NCBI GenBank assembly: GCA_002793515.1
Contig: PFEU01000018.1
Coordinates: forward strand, 32,203-96,202
Length of the DNA stretch: 64,000 bases
Source: Candidatus Uhrbacteria bacterium CG10_big_fil_rev_8_21_14_0_10_48_16
GTDB lineage: Bacteria; Patescibacteriota; Patescibacteriia; UBA9934; GWF2-40-263
Direction: 5' to 3'
Part shown: piece by piece, positions 30,092 through 40,498 of the stretch
Layout of the letters: each line of letters opens with the position of its first letter
Position numbering within the stretch: the first letter of the stretch is position 1
Made by a program: the position numbers and the translations under genes
Notes under the pieces: model-generated
The model's input: the letters and a program-made list of their open reading frames with translations, nothing else
Databases searched by the model: none
Told to the model about the DNA's origin: nothing

Positions 30092-32146
30092 CTATGATCG
30101 TTTAACACCAAAAAGGATTGGTTTGCGCATCCCCTTCCAGAACAACAGCGACTTCAGATAGACACGTGAGACGGTGATGGCCGTGAACATGCTGAGAATC
30201 ACACCGATCGACAGTGTAAGAGCAAACCCTCGAATAAAGCTAGAACTGAACCAATACAGAACTCCAGCAGCAATCAGCGTCGTAATGTTTCCATCACGAA
30301 TGGCCGTCCATGCCCGCTTAAATGCCTCATCAACCGCAGAGATAAAATCCCGGCCAGAGGCATACTCTTCCTTGAACCGTTCAATAATGAGCACGTTTGC
30401 ATCAACCGCAATTCCAAGGGAAAGGACGAGACCCGCAATCCCAGCCAACGTGATCGTCACACCGAACAGGCGATACGCGGCCAAGTTCAGGAACGCAAAG
30501 AGGATTAACGCGATCATCGCAACAAGACCAGGAAGCCGGTAGAAGGCCACCATATAAAGACCGACAAGCAAGAACCCAAAAAGGGCTGCAACAATACTCT
30601 TCTCAAGCGAAACTGATCCAAGTGTTGGTCCAACGGTTTGTTGAGAAAGAAGGTCCACAGGCACAGGAAGAGCTCCTGCATTCAAGCGTTGCGCCAAGAG
30701 TTTCGCTTCTTCCACGGTAAAATCTCCGGTGATGACCGCTCGTCCGCCGTAAATGGCTTGTTGAACTACCGGCGTTGAAATCGCTTCTCCATCCAGGAAG
30801 ATAGCGATCGGCTCGCCCACATGTTCTTCCGTGAGTTGCGCAAATAACTCTCCCCCTTCTGTATTGAACGTCAATGCCACATAGGCCCCACCGGTGTTTT
30901 GATCGAACTCAACACCTGCTCGCTCAAGATACTTTCCAGATAATTCTGTATTGATCCATGGGGATGGGGCTGGAACGATGTCATAAATATCACTCAGTGG
31001 CATGAGAATCCTCTGAATGGTGTACGCAGGGGCGGTCCGTTGATCGCTCTTATAGATCAAATGATATCCAAACTCTGTGAGGACCGGACTCGAAATCTCT
31101 CCCACCTCCAATCCACCAGCAGCAAGTCCAAACGATGCCACGTAGCGGTCAGCGGTAGACCATCCAAGCTCCCCGCTATTGGAAAGAACAGATGGGTCTG
31201 TTGAATATTGCTGAGCAAGTTCTGCGAAGTTTTCTGCCGTGACCTGCTCTTTTACCTCATTAATCTGAATGGATGCCTCAATTTCTGAAATACCACTTGT
31301 ACATCCAGTCGTGCCCTCAAAACAAATGAGGATGTGCGATAGAAGCATTTCTGTTTGTTCTCCGGCACTCAAGTATTTGAAAACACTGACTCCATCATCA
31401 TTCTCCAATAAGTTCCCGTTCACCTGTCCTGGATAGAGTCCCCGTTGCTGAATCAAAACGAAGTAATCAAAGAAGTAGGAATCCGCCGTAATGTTCTCAA
31501 AAATTCCCTTTGAGACATCCTTATCTTTCTCGATACTAAACTCAGAAACAAGCGCATCGAAATCCTCTCCCGCAAGGGCACGGCTCAACACCGTATTTGC
31601 AATGGCGCGTTCTTCTATATTGCGTGTCTCAAGAAGAGCGAGCTCTTCTTCTGTTGGATCTTCTTCAAGCTCCTGTCCAGGCTCCTTAAATTCAAGAACA
31701 GGCGTTTCTCCAATCAGATCAATGGCATCAGACACATCCAACACTCCTGCGAGTTCAATAATGATGCGATAGGTTCCTCCGGTGGTAGTTGTCTGCACAA
31801 CCGGCTCAGACACACCAAATGCATTGACTCTACGCTCAATCACATCACGCACGCCCTCAAGGGCCTCAACACGATCTTCCTCAGGAATCTGAGACATGTC
31901 TGCTTCGTAAATGAGATGTGTCCCCCCTTGAAGGTCAAGACCGAGTCTAAATGGCTCCTCAGAAACCGTTGGTGGAAGCCAACCTGTCTTTGCTTGAACA
32001 AACTCCGCCCCCTGATTCCATACACCAGGAAACCCATAGAACCCCATGACCAGGGTTGCGATGAGTGCTACGACAGCAAAAAATCGAGGTTTCCACGTGC
32101 TTGGCTGAACTTTTTTTATCTTTTTCTTTAATTTCCAGGTTTGCAT
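30092..32146 (-). CDS. secD: protein translocase subunit SecD with an inserted PpiC/parvulin-type PPIase domain
   Basis: SecD N- and C-terminal TM bundles. The periplasmic region contains SHILICFEG...SNSGELGWSTADRYVASFG...ISSPVLTEFGYHLIY, matching the parvulin His/GxLGW/GYH signature. Confidence 0.8.
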   Translation of the reverse strand: MQTWKLKKKIKKVQPSTWKPRFFAVVALIATLVMGFYGFPGVWNQGAEFVQAKTGWLPPTVSEEPFRLGLDLQGGTHLIYEADMSQIPEEDRVEALEGVRDVIERRVNAFGVSEPVVQTTTTGGTYRIIIELAGVLDVSDAIDLIGETPVLEFKEPGQELEEDPTEEELALLETRNIEERAIANTVLSRALAGEDFDALVSEFSIEKDKDVSKGIFENITADSYFFDYFVLIQQRGLYPGQVNGNLLENDDGVSVFKYLSAGEQTEMLLSHILICFEGTTGCTSGISEIEASIQINEVKEQVTAENFAELAQQYSTDPSVLSNSGELGWSTADRYVASFGLAAGGLEVGEISSPVLTEFGYHLIYKSDQRTAPAYTIQRILMPLSDIYDIVPAPSPWINTELSGKYLERAGVEFDQNTGGAYVALTFNTEGGELFAQLTEEHVGEPIAIFLDGEAISTPVVQQAIYGGRAVITGDFTVEEAKLLAQRLNAGALPVPVDLLSQQTVGPTLGSVSLEKSIVAALFGFLLVGLYMVAFYRLPGLVAMIALILFAFLNLAAYRLFGVTITLAGIAGLVLSLGIAVDANVLIIERFKEEYASGRDFISAVDEAFKRAWTAIRDGNITTLIAAGVLYWFSSSFIRGFALTLSIGVILSMFTAITVSRVYLKSLLFWKGMRKPILFGVKRS

Positions 32147-32260
32147 AGAGAAAAAATATAACGGCGGTAGTGTATGCGATTGAAGGCTTGATCGCAAGTG
32201 GACAACCATTGACGAAGTTCTCTGTAAATGATCTGATAGCCCCTAACCACGGGAGAAATC

Positions 32261-33550
32261 ATGCCATTGTTCAGCCCGGACAGGTGGGTGTATGACCCAC
32301 GCCATCCAGCGACAGTGCTGGATCAGCTCCCGAGGGAGCTCTTTCCACACACGACCACCGCAGATCTCATCGCACACCTTCGTATGGGCGGTGGAAAGTC
32401 CCTCGGGCTTTCCCTGTGTGAGATTCTGACGCACGGATCGGAACACTTCCGCGTCCCAGACTGGCTCTCGTTGCCTGGAACCTATGCGTGGCACCAGCCA
32501 ATCCCTGCCACAACTCAATGGCTCTCTAGCAGAGAGGGTCAACTCAAGGTCCGTAGCTCGACTCGACGGGAAGACTGGCTCACAGGTCAGAGCGGTGAAC
32601 AACACTCGAGGACCGTGAAGGATCTCACGCGAGCACTCCACCATGCGAGCGAGGTCTCCGGTGGGCAACACCCAGTCGTCCTTCAGGATTTTGTCGAAGG
32701 GATCGGGATCGTCGTCGACCTCGCCTACAGCCAGATCCTGGGACAACCGATTGCTCGGGTCTCGACGGGAAGAGAGTGGAAACGCGATTGTGGAGAGCAA
32801 ATCTTCACGTCCGCCACACGGGATCACGAAGGCAGACACGAGATCATCGACCCAATCAGCGGAACCTATCTTCTGGACCGCACAACGGGACATCTCTTCG
32901 AAGGGTCGTGCCTAAGACTTCCTCTTCAGGAGATCGTTGGCGAACTCTGGGAACGCGTTAACGCATTCGGTATCACCTTCGGGGTGCAGTGCGAAATCGT
33001 GGTTCATCCAGACGCTCCAGAAATCTGGTGGCTTGTCCAAATCCGACCCTCCCCTGATCGAGTCCGATCCCACGGGATCAACCTGGAACCCCTTCCAGGG
33101 GCAATGATCACGACCCCTGCAGTGAGTCGAGCGTTCGACCATCGTGGGCTCGCGACCTGTACCACCCCCGAGTCATACACCTGGTTGTTCAACGCATCAA
33201 CCGGAGGTATCACCGACACCATCGAGAGAGAGGGGTGGGAATTCCGTCCCTCAAACATCCTTATCTGGCACAAAGATCCAATCCCTGACTTCGACTCCTG
33301 GATGCTTGAGATGGCATTCACGGTCGGGGTGAAGGTCCAGATCACGAGACGAGTGATCGTCATCAGTACCACCCATAGTGGAATCAACGCACGCGTCCTC
33401 ATGCCCGAACAAAGCGATGTCACCTCACTCGGAGGAATCATCGCCGTCCCTGACGGGCTCCATGACCAACTCGTGCATGAGCTCCAAGGACAGGACAAGG
33501 TCATTCACGCGATCTCCGACGGTCTCGTCGGACAAGTCGCACTCCTCTAA
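32261..33550 (+). CDS. stand-alone PPDK_N / PEP-utilising enzyme ATP-grasp (nucleotide-binding) domain protein; GC-rich insertion
   Basis: MGGGKSLGLSL...KVRSSTRREDWLTGQSGEQ matches the GGK...VRSSAxxED...AGQ signature of the PEP synthase/PPDK N-terminal domain; no phospho-His or PEP-binding domain; about 61% GC. Confidence 0.55.
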   Translation: MPLFSPDRWVYDPRHPATVLDQLPRELFPHTTTADLIAHLRMGGGKSLGLSLCEILTHGSEHFRVPDWLSLPGTYAWHQPIPATTQWLSSREGQLKVRSSTRREDWLTGQSGEQHSRTVKDLTRALHHASEVSGGQHPVVLQDFVEGIGIVVDLAYSQILGQPIARVSTGREWKRDCGEQIFTSATRDHEGRHEIIDPISGTYLLDRTTGHLFEGSCLRLPLQEIVGELWERVNAFGITFGVQCEIVVHPDAPEIWWLVQIRPSPDRVRSHGINLEPLPGAMITTPAVSRAFDHRGLATCTTPESYTWLFNASTGGITDTIEREGWEFRPSNILIWHKDPIPDFDSWMLEMAFTVGVKVQITRRVIVISTTHSGINARVLMPEQSDVTSLGGIIAVPDGLHDQLVHELQGQDKVIHAISDGLVGQVALL

Positions 33551-33608
33551 ACCCATTTCTGGGTTTTTTTCTTTCTAAAAACCACTGGATGATTCCAGTG
33601 GTTTTTCT
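33549..33608. terminator. tandem hairpins AAACCCA-tttc-TGGGTTTTTTT and AAAAACCACTGG-atgatt-CCAGTGGTTTTT (bidirectional)
   Basis: Two perfect stems with U-tracts between convergent genes. Confidence 0.6.
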
Positions 33609-33609
33609 C

Positions 33610-34494
33610 TTACCAAGAACTGCTTGCCCCTCCTCCTCCGGAAGATCCTCCTCCAAATCCCCCTCCACCACCGAATCCTCCTCCAGAAGAACTTCCCCCA
33701 CCCGAACTCCACCAACCTCCCCCACTCCGCTTTCTTCCTTTTGGAAACGTACTGACCGAAAGAATCTTATGGAGAAATAAGGTGAACGGCACATTAATCA
33801 CCCAGGCAATCCAATCATTTCCAACACTCAACAACAAGAAAAAGGCAAGGATGGGAAGAATGGGAAATTTCTGGATTCGCGTTCGAAGATCTCTCTTAAG
33901 TGAGGCGTAAATAGCAGAGATAAAAACGAACATGAAATAGACGATAAATCCCACAACAACACTCGCAATGAAGACGGAATCCTCTTCCTCCTCCAAGGGT
34001 TGTGCGAACCCATACTCATCAGCTTCTGCTTGAATTTCTCGCGTGAGCTCATCAATGGAAAAATTAATCCCCATCTCATAGTCTCCCTCTTTGAAGTACG
34101 GAATGGCAATGGCATTCAAAATGGCAATCGAGTCTGCGTCTGTGATACGCCCCTCAAGACCATATCCTACCTCAATCCGTGCGACTCGATCCTCATACAC
34201 CACAAGGAACAACACGCCATTGTCTGATTCGTTTTGTCCAATCCCCCACGTACGAAATACCTCATTTGCATAAGACTCTAGATCTTCATCCTCAAGCGTA
34301 TTGATCGTGAGAACCCCAATTTCAGCTGTGGTCACTTCTTCCAATTGTGTAAGTTTTTGGATGAGCTCTGTTTCAAATTCAGGAGATAAAATTTCCGCCT
34401 GATCTAACACATACTCCTGAGGGGCGGCTGGAACGTTGAGCGCAAAAACCTGCAACGGAAGAAAAAGGAGCACGGCGACCAAATAGCGTTTCAT
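33610..34494 (-). CDS. TPM-domain protein (TLP18.3/Psb32/MOLO-1 phosphatase family) with a Gly-rich tail
   Basis: Signal peptide; TPM core (LTINTLEDEDLESYANEVFRTWGIG...GVLFLV...RIEVGYGLEG); C-terminal GGGFGGGG low-complexity. Confidence 0.75.
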   Translation of the reverse strand: MKRYLVAVLLFLPLQVFALNVPAAPQEYVLDQAEILSPEFETELIQKLTQLEEVTTAEIGVLTINTLEDEDLESYANEVFRTWGIGQNESDNGVLFLVVYEDRVARIEVGYGLEGRITDADSIAILNAIAIPYFKEGDYEMGINFSIDELTREIQAEADEYGFAQPLEEEEDSVFIASVVVGFIVYFMFVFISAIYASLKRDLRTRIQKFPILPILAFFLLLSVGNDWIAWVINVPFTLFLHKILSVSTFPKGRKRSGGGWWSSGGGSSSGGGFGGGGGFGGGSSGGGGASSSW

Positions 34495-34497
34495 AGT

Positions 34498-35094
34498 CTA
34501 GAACTCAAACTCAACGATCGGCGCGACTTCGGTTCCCTCAGCAGACTCAAAGTATGGGTAGGCAATAAATCCAAACATGCCTGCAACAAAACGACCAGGA
34601 ATGAGCTGAATAGCGGTGTTATATAAACGGACGAGATCGTTGTAATCTTTTCGAGCGACCGCAATACGATTCTCTGTTCCTTCAAGCTGAGATTGAAGCG
34701 CGACAAAGTTTTCGGTTGCTGTCACAGCTGGGTACGCTTCCATGGTCACAAGCAATCGAGATAACGCTGAGTCAAAGGAATTTGATGCGGAAATTTGATC
34801 TTCACGTGTCGCCGTCGAACTTGATTGTGTATTCAACCAATTTGTACGAGCTTCTGTCACTTCGACAAGAAGACTTTTCTCGAATCCCGCCGCTCCTTCC
34901 ACCGTTGCCACCAATTGAGGAATCAGATCGGCACGACGTTGATACTGCGTTTCGACTTGGGCCCATCCGCTGTCCGCACTGGTCCGAAGGGTCACAAACT
35001 CGTTATAGGTTCCAACAAGCCAAAAGACGACCGCAAGACCGATAAGGCCTAACACGCACAGAATGATCAGCGAAAGAGATAGTTGTTTCTTCAT
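34498..35094 (-). CDS. lemA: LemA family protein
   Basis: N-terminal TM then YNEFVTLRTSADSGWAQVETQYQRRADLIPQLV LemA core; likely start is MKKQLSL (the track ORF has a spurious 108-aa extension). Confidence 0.8.
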   Translation of the reverse strand: MKKQLSLSLIILCVLGLIGLAVVFWLVGTYNEFVTLRTSADSGWAQVETQYQRRADLIPQLVATVEGAAGFEKSLLVEVTEARTNWLNTQSSSTATREDQISASNSFDSALSRLLVTMEAYPAVTATENFVALQSQLEGTENRIAVARKDYNDLVRLYNTAIQLIPGRFVAGMFGFIAYPYFESAEGTEVAPIVEFEF

Positions 35095-35462
35095 AAAGGA
35101 GATAAAGACGAATAAAGATAATAGAGCATACTTAACTGAAGAAGAACGATGACCCACACAATCAACTGAAATGCTGTTTTTCGACTTTTGTGACGAAGGG
35201 TATACATCGCGGTCACCATTCCAACAGAACCCCCTAATACGGTCATGAGAAACAACGAACGTTCTGAAAGTCGTCGACCGGATTGCACGGCCTGAATCTT
35301 GTCGATCATCATCACGAGATAGGTAGATACATTTAACCCGAATATCGCAACGAGCGGAAGAGGAAAGGGATAGACCATCTGGATCCCAAACCCAAGAAGA
35401 ACAGCGAGGACGAAACACATCAGAAGCCCCTTCTGGTCCACTGGTCGTAAAAGTGATGACAT
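35091..35462 (-). CDS. DUF1294-family small membrane protein
   Basis: RRLSERSLFLMTVLGGSVGMVTAMYTLRHKSRK matches the DUF1294 R-x-E...GG...RHK(T/S)xK signature; overlaps the lemA start by 4 nt. Confidence 0.6.
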   Translation of the reverse strand: MSSLLRPVDQKGLLMCFVLAVLLGFGIQMVYPFPLPLVAIFGLNVSTYLVMMIDKIQAVQSGRRLSERSLFLMTVLGGSVGMVTAMYTLRHKSRKTAFQLIVWVIVLLQLSMLYYLYSSLSPL

Positions 35463-35469
35463 AGAATGA

Positions 35470-36672
35470 CTAAGGATCTAAACGAAGAGTCGGTTCACCC
35501 GTTGGAGAAGGATCATCAAATTCATACTTATCAGGCCAATTGGTTTTCGAACGCAAGAGACGCAAGAGATTCCGTGACGTTTCATCTCCCATAAATTCAG
35601 GTTCAGAACTAAGCTCGATCCGATCCGTGATTCCAAGAATTTTTGCAATACCATTCACGGTCCTTTCGAAATTCACGGCATTGAGCAAATCACTCACCTC
35701 TCTTCGATCAACCCACGTTCGGTAATCACGCACTCTCTCTACCGCCTTTCGCGCCCCAGTCCATTCATTCCTTGCATAAGGATCAAGGAATACATATTTC
35801 CATTCTCCCGTCTCATCTTTATAAATACGGACATTCCCCCCTCCTGCGAGATCTAACATCTCATGTGATTTGTCCGTAAATGCAATAATCTTTTGGATCA
35901 ACTCTTTAAATACACGTGCAAGCTTTGGATCGGTTTTCGCTTTTTCGATAAGTCGAACCGTTCCTACATGGAGGAAGCGAGAAAAGAGCTTAAAGTCTAT
36001 TTCCCCTTCAGCCGACTGTATCATTTGATTCAGTCGTGCATAATCGGCGGGAGCGATATTAAACCGTTCAACATATCGGAAACCCAGGGAATGCGAGTCT
36101 GGATTCTCTCCGTCTTCTTTTTCGTTTTTCGCCATCTCGGGTATAGGTTTTTGATATCGAATAATGGTTGGAATCAATACAGGCTCTTTCGGAGCATAAT
36201 CCTCCAATTCCAGCTCCTGTAAAACCAATCGAGTAATCTCTGGAGTAACAGGAACATCTCGAATCACACCTCGAGATCTTAAAATGGTCTCTTTTGGAAA
36301 AAACCGTCCGAGTTTCCGGAAGAACGCTCGTTCACGCGCAAGACCATCCTCCATGTGCTCCCGGTCAAGACGCGCGTCCTCTATCCGATTCTCCTCTTGT
36401 ATCATTCTGTCTACAGGGTCGGGATTCAAATAGTCACGTTGAGCAAGAGCCTCTCTGATAATCCCTCTGCGAAGAAAATGCATCTGCGCTTTTATTAGAA
36501 GGTCTCGGTACGCTCCTTCCTTTCCTTCTTTTTGCTTCACACGAAAAACAATATGTTCCCCTCCAGAACCTGCAAACTCAAGTTCCCCAAGTCCAGGTTG
36601 TTTGCTTCGTTCTTCCGTATACGTTCTCGCAACCTCAGGGATACGTTCAATAAGTGGTCGTTCTTCGCTCAT
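35470..36672 (-). CDS. hypothetical protein with possible protein-kinase-like fold
   Basis: Gly-rich loop GSGGEHIVFRV, LLIKAQ (VAIK-like Lys), HEMLDLAGGGNVRIY (HxD...N catalytic-loop-like), FLDPYA (DFG-like). Motif-level inference only. Confidence 0.35.
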   Translation of the reverse strand: MSEERPLIERIPEVARTYTEERSKQPGLGELEFAGSGGEHIVFRVKQKEGKEGAYRDLLIKAQMHFLRRGIIREALAQRDYLNPDPVDRMIQEENRIEDARLDREHMEDGLARERAFFRKLGRFFPKETILRSRGVIRDVPVTPEITRLVLQELELEDYAPKEPVLIPTIIRYQKPIPEMAKNEKEDGENPDSHSLGFRYVERFNIAPADYARLNQMIQSAEGEIDFKLFSRFLHVGTVRLIEKAKTDPKLARVFKELIQKIIAFTDKSHEMLDLAGGGNVRIYKDETGEWKYVFLDPYARNEWTGARKAVERVRDYRTWVDRREVSDLLNAVNFERTVNGIAKILGITDRIELSSEPEFMGDETSRNLLRLLRSKTNWPDKYEFDDPSPTGEPTLRLDP

Positions 36673-36723
36673 ACATCAAAATTCAACATCGTTCTTCAAA
36701 AATTCTATCACAAACGCCAGAAG

Positions 36724-37314
36724 TTAGGTGGCTTGAACTTCTTCCAGCATTTCCAATGTCTTCTTCAACGGAAGACCCATCAGGGCTTCCAATTCCCCAT
36801 CAATATGCACGTAGGGTCTAAACAATGGATGATCAGCAGCGAGACCTCCGGCAAAATGGAACGCTTCGCCTGACTCAACAAATGTTTCGATGTTCTCCTG
36901 CGGAATCGGATCAAAAGTAACGGCTACTTCTTCAATCGCATAGACACGCTTTCCGTTTGCGGTATTGCAGACAACCGTCGCAGACGTAGCAACCTGAGGA
37001 GTCGACGCATAGGTCGCAATAAACGCATATGCCTCTTCCTTGCTCGCCGGCTTTTCTCGAACCTCTCCATCAACCACCATCACCTGATCCGAGCAAATGA
37101 TCACCGCTTGTCCGGTCACTTGCTCAAGCACCGCATCCATTTTTGCTTGAGCGATAGCGCGCACTAACTCACGTGGGTCATCTCGGCGAATGGCGCGTTC
37201 ATCAATATCCGGTGAGATCACCGAAAACACCATTCCCATCTCTTCTAACACCGCTTTTCGACTCGGAGAACTTGATCCTAAAATAAGATTCATAAAATGT
37301 GTTAATAGTTCCAT
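36724..37314 (-). CDS. maf: Maf-like nucleoside triphosphate pyrophosphatase
   Basis: ILGSSSPSRKAVLEEMG...Maf signature. Confidence 0.8.
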   Translation of the reverse strand: MELLTHFMNLILGSSSPSRKAVLEEMGMVFSVISPDIDERAIRRDDPRELVRAIAQAKMDAVLEQVTGQAVIICSDQVMVVDGEVREKPASKEEAYAFIATYASTPQVATSATVVCNTANGKRVYAIEEVAVTFDPIPQENIETFVESGEAFHFAGGLAADHPLFRPYVHIDGELEALMGLPLKKTLEMLEEVQAT

Positions 37315-37344
37315 TACTCTATCATAAAACCGCCCGAAGGCGGT

Positions 37345-37680
37345 CTAGTGAAGCTTTCTTCCAAGGGGAATTTCTTTTTCTGGCATGACAAGGATAACGT
37401 TGTCGTTCTCATCAGTGCATCCCAGTGTAAGCACTTCCGATTTGTGCGGACCGATCTGCTTAGGTTCGAAGTTCACGACCGCCATCACCTGCTTCCCAAC
37501 CAACTCTGGCCCCTCATAGTTGGGAGCAAGCTTAGCGAGTGATTTCTTTGTTCCAATCACAGGACCGAAATCGATCTGAAGAATATGTGTCGAGTATCGT
37601 CCCTCAGGAAATGGCTCAACCGATAACACTTGGCCAACTCGAATATCAACGTTTTCAAACTCTTCGTAAGTAATGGTCAT
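37345..37680 (-). CDS. tRNA-binding domain protein (CsaA/Trbp111/EMAP-like OB fold)
   Basis: IRVGQVLSVEPFPEG...K...L...VDFG OB-fold tRNA-binding signature. Confidence 0.7.
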   Translation of the reverse strand: MTITYEEFENVDIRVGQVLSVEPFPEGRYSTHILQIDFGPVIGTKKSLAKLAPNYEGPELVGKQVMAVVNFEPKQIGPHKSEVLTLGCTDENDNVILVMPEKEIPLGRKLH

Positions 37681-37700
37681 ATGATCTTGGGTCGAACATC

Positions 37701-40430
37701 TCACACTCCATGACACTTCTTATACTTCTTTCCTGATCCACAAGGGCAGGGTTCATTTCGTCCGACTTTTGGTTCCTCTGAGACCGTTCTCTCGAGACCA
37801 TTGTCACTCGTCTTCTTGGCTCCCTGAAGTGTCACCCCCGCTCGTTGGAACACAGATTTTCCAAGCTCTACTTGGACTTTCATGTCTACCGCGTGCTTGG
37901 CGTACTTAAAGAAGGTTTGCGTAATTTCTGTGTTGATAGACCCAAGTAACTGATGGAAAATGTTGTACCCCTCCTTTTTATATTCGACGAGAGGATCTCG
38001 TTGACCGTATCCCTGAAGACCAATCCCTGTTCGCAACGCGGTCATGGATGCGAGATGATCAATCCAGAGCATGTCGATCGCTCGCAAAAGAACTCCGCGC
38101 TCAATCGCATACACACTCTTCTTATCTTCAAACACGTCATACAACGAATCATACTGTGTTCGAATAAGATCCATGATCGTTCCAATCACCTCCGAGCGCC
38201 CTTGAGCAAGCTCTTCTTTGTCTTTTGTCGCCTCATGGCCAATCTGGGAAAGTTCTGCTTTCTGTTGGTCACTCAATGCGACGATCGTATGAACCGATTC
38301 CACAATCTCTTTCACATCCCAACTTCCGGCTGGACCCATTTCCGAAGAATGGAACAACACAATCTGTTCAACCTCTCCTTCAATAATATCAAGGATGCGA
38401 TCTCGCAATTTCTCTGGTTCATGAGCAAAAGTCTCAAGCACTTCACGACGACGCGCGTAAATAATCTCACGATGCTTGTTCAACACATCATCGTATTCAA
38501 GCAAGTGCTTACGCGAATCAAAGTGATGTCCCTCCACACGTGTCTGTGCCTTCTCAATAGAACTTGAAATCATCTTTGCCTCAATCGCCTGATCCTCTGG
38601 AATGCCAAGACGATCCATCATGCCCTTAGCTCGATCCGAACCAAAAATACGCATGAGACCATCCTCCATAGAGAGATAGAACTGCGTGTATCCAGGATCA
38701 CCTTGTCGACCTGAGCGTCCTCGCAACTGATTATCAATACGTCGTGAGTCATGACGCTCTGTTCCGATCACATGCAATCCCCCGAAGGCAACTACTTCGG
38801 TTTCCTCTTCCTTGGTTGAAGGATTCCCCCCGAGTTTAATGTCAACTCCTCGCCCTGCCATGTTTGTCGCAATCGTCACAGATCCCTTTCGTCCAGCCTG
38901 CGCAATGATCTCTCCTTCTCGCGTATGGTTCTTCGCGTTCAACACTTCGTGACGGATTCCAGACTTGGTAAACAGTTGGGACAAAATCTCGTTTTTATCA
39001 ACACTCACCGTTCCAATTAAGACTGGCTGACCCTTCTCTTGATAGGCTTTTACATCCCGAGCAAGGGCGAGGAATTTCCCAGCCTCGGTCTTATACACGC
39101 GATCCTGAGCGTCCACGCGAGCAATAGGTTTGTTCGTCGGAATCTCGACCACTTCGAGATTGTAAATTTTTCCAAACTCTTCGGCTTCGGTTGCCGCTGT
39201 TCCCGTCATTCCTGAAAGTTTGTGGTACATGCGGAACAAGTTCTGGAAGGTAATCGTTGCCATGGTTCGGCTCTCGTTCTTGATCTCCACGCCCTCTTTC
39301 GCCTCAATCGCCTGATGAATTCCTTCTGAAAACCGACGTCCTTGCATGAGGCGTCCCGTAAACTCATCAACGATAAGCACCTCTCCATCTTTCACCACGT
39401 AATGCACGTCACGCTGGTAGTTTGCACGCGCACGCAAGGCGGTGTCGGCAAAACGTTGATAGATGCCTTGATCGATCGCATAGAGATTTTCAATCCCCAA
39501 CGCTCGCTCGATCTTCTCAATCCCCGCTTCCGTGAGCGTGGAAGCGCGCATCTTCTCATCGATGTTGAAATCCTCCTGCTCCTTAAGGGTGGTGGCGATC
39601 TGCGCAAACCGCACATACAAGTCATTCGATTTTTCTGCGGGAGCTGAGATAATCAACGGCGTTCGAGCTTCATCGATTAAAATAGAGTCGATTTCATCAA
39701 TGATCGCATAGTGAAGTTCACGCATGACACATTGATCAAGAGTCGGCGCCATGTTGTCACGAAGATAATCGAATCCAAACTGATTGTTGGTTCCGTACGT
39801 AATGTCTGCGTCATACGCTGTTTTTCGATCACAGGGACGCAGATAATCTTCACGAACCGCAAAACTTCCTTTTTGATCCCGCTCTTTATCTGCACGTGCT
39901 TCTTCTGTGCTTCCTTCTTCGTGTCTAAAAGAGGGATCATAGATAAGCCCCCCATCTTGTTGGATACAACTAACACTCATGCCAAGAAAATCAAACACTT
40001 GCCCCATCCATACAGCGTCACGTCGAGCCAAATAGTCGTTCACGGTCACAAGATGACACCCCTGTCCTCGAAGCGCATTGGTATATAACGCAAGAGTTGC
40101 GGTGAGTGTTTTTCCTTCACCGGTACGCATCTCCGCAATCTGACCGCGATGCATCACAAGACCCCCAATCAACTGAACATCATAATGCCGTTGACCGAGC
40201 GTACGTTTCGCTGCTTCGCGAACGACCGCAAAAGCCTCATGAACAAGATCATCCAGCACCGCCCCTTCTGAAAGTCGTTGTTTGAACTCGCTCGTTTTTG
40301 CCTTGAGTTCCTCGTCCGTGAGTCCTTGGACGGATGCTTCAAGCGCATTAATCTTCACGACATCTTTATCGAGTTCTCCTAACAGTTTTTTATTTGGATC
40401 TCCGAAAAGAACCTTTAAGATCTTTGACAT
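37701..40430 (-). CDS. secA: preprotein translocase ATPase SecA
   Basis: 909 aa; DEAD-like motor motifs, C-terminal Zn finger [14 protein letters not shown]. Confidence 0.95.
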   Translation of the reverse strand: MSKILKVLFGDPNKKLLGELDKDVVKINALEASVQGLTDEELKAKTSEFKQRLSEGAVLDDLVHEAFAVVREAAKRTLGQRHYDVQLIGGLVMHRGQIAEMRTGEGKTLTATLALYTNALRGQGCHLVTVNDYLARRDAVWMGQVFDFLGMSVSCIQQDGGLIYDPSFRHEEGSTEEARADKERDQKGSFAVREDYLRPCDRKTAYDADITYGTNNQFGFDYLRDNMAPTLDQCVMRELHYAIIDEIDSILIDEARTPLIISAPAEKSNDLYVRFAQIATTLKEQEDFNIDEKMRASTLTEAGIEKIERALGIENLYAIDQGIYQRFADTALRARANYQRDVHYVVKDGEVLIVDEFTGRLMQGRRFSEGIHQAIEAKEGVEIKNESRTMATITFQNLFRMYHKLSGMTGTAATEAEEFGKIYNLEVVEIPTNKPIARVDAQDRVYKTEAGKFLALARDVKAYQEKGQPVLIGTVSVDKNEILSQLFTKSGIRHEVLNAKNHTREGEIIAQAGRKGSVTIATNMAGRGVDIKLGGNPSTKEEETEVVAFGGLHVIGTERHDSRRIDNQLRGRSGRQGDPGYTQFYLSMEDGLMRIFGSDRAKGMMDRLGIPEDQAIEAKMISSSIEKAQTRVEGHHFDSRKHLLEYDDVLNKHREIIYARRREVLETFAHEPEKLRDRILDIIEGEVEQIVLFHSSEMGPAGSWDVKEIVESVHTIVALSDQQKAELSQIGHEATKDKEELAQGRSEVIGTIMDLIRTQYDSLYDVFEDKKSVYAIERGVLLRAIDMLWIDHLASMTALRTGIGLQGYGQRDPLVEYKKEGYNIFHQLLGSINTEITQTFFKYAKHAVDMKVQVELGKSVFQRAGVTLQGAKKTSDNGLERTVSEEPKVGRNEPCPCGSGKKYKKCHGV

Positions 40431-40463
40431 ACGCGCACGATTATCCTATTTTTCAGCGGAAAA

Positions 40464-40498
40464 AGCAAACAACGGGGATTCACCCCCGTTGTTTTTTC
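40464..40498. terminator. bidirectional terminator AACAACGGGG-attcac-CCCCGTTGTTTTTT
   Basis: 10-bp perfect stem plus T-tract. Confidence 0.6.

Noticed and set aside
32243-32893. 216-aa minus-strand ORF overlapping the PPDK_N-like gene
   Set aside because: Antisense shadow ORF in a GC-rich stretch (stop-codon-poor); the plus-strand frame has the recognisable domain.
33610-33760. Gly/Ser-rich DNA repeats at the 3' end of the TPM gene (and K/R/P-rich region 25201-25700)
   Set aside because: Low-complexity coding tails typical of these protein families, not CRISPR or tandem DNA repeats.
35095-35418. 108-aa N-terminal extension of the LemA ORF
   Set aside because: Internal ATG at 35094 precedes the TM helix typical of LemA and overlaps the upstream gene stop in operon fashion; the extension is Cys/Arg-rich noise.
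37953-38567. 204-aa plus-strand ORF inside secA
   Set aside because: Antisense to an unambiguous SecA coding region.
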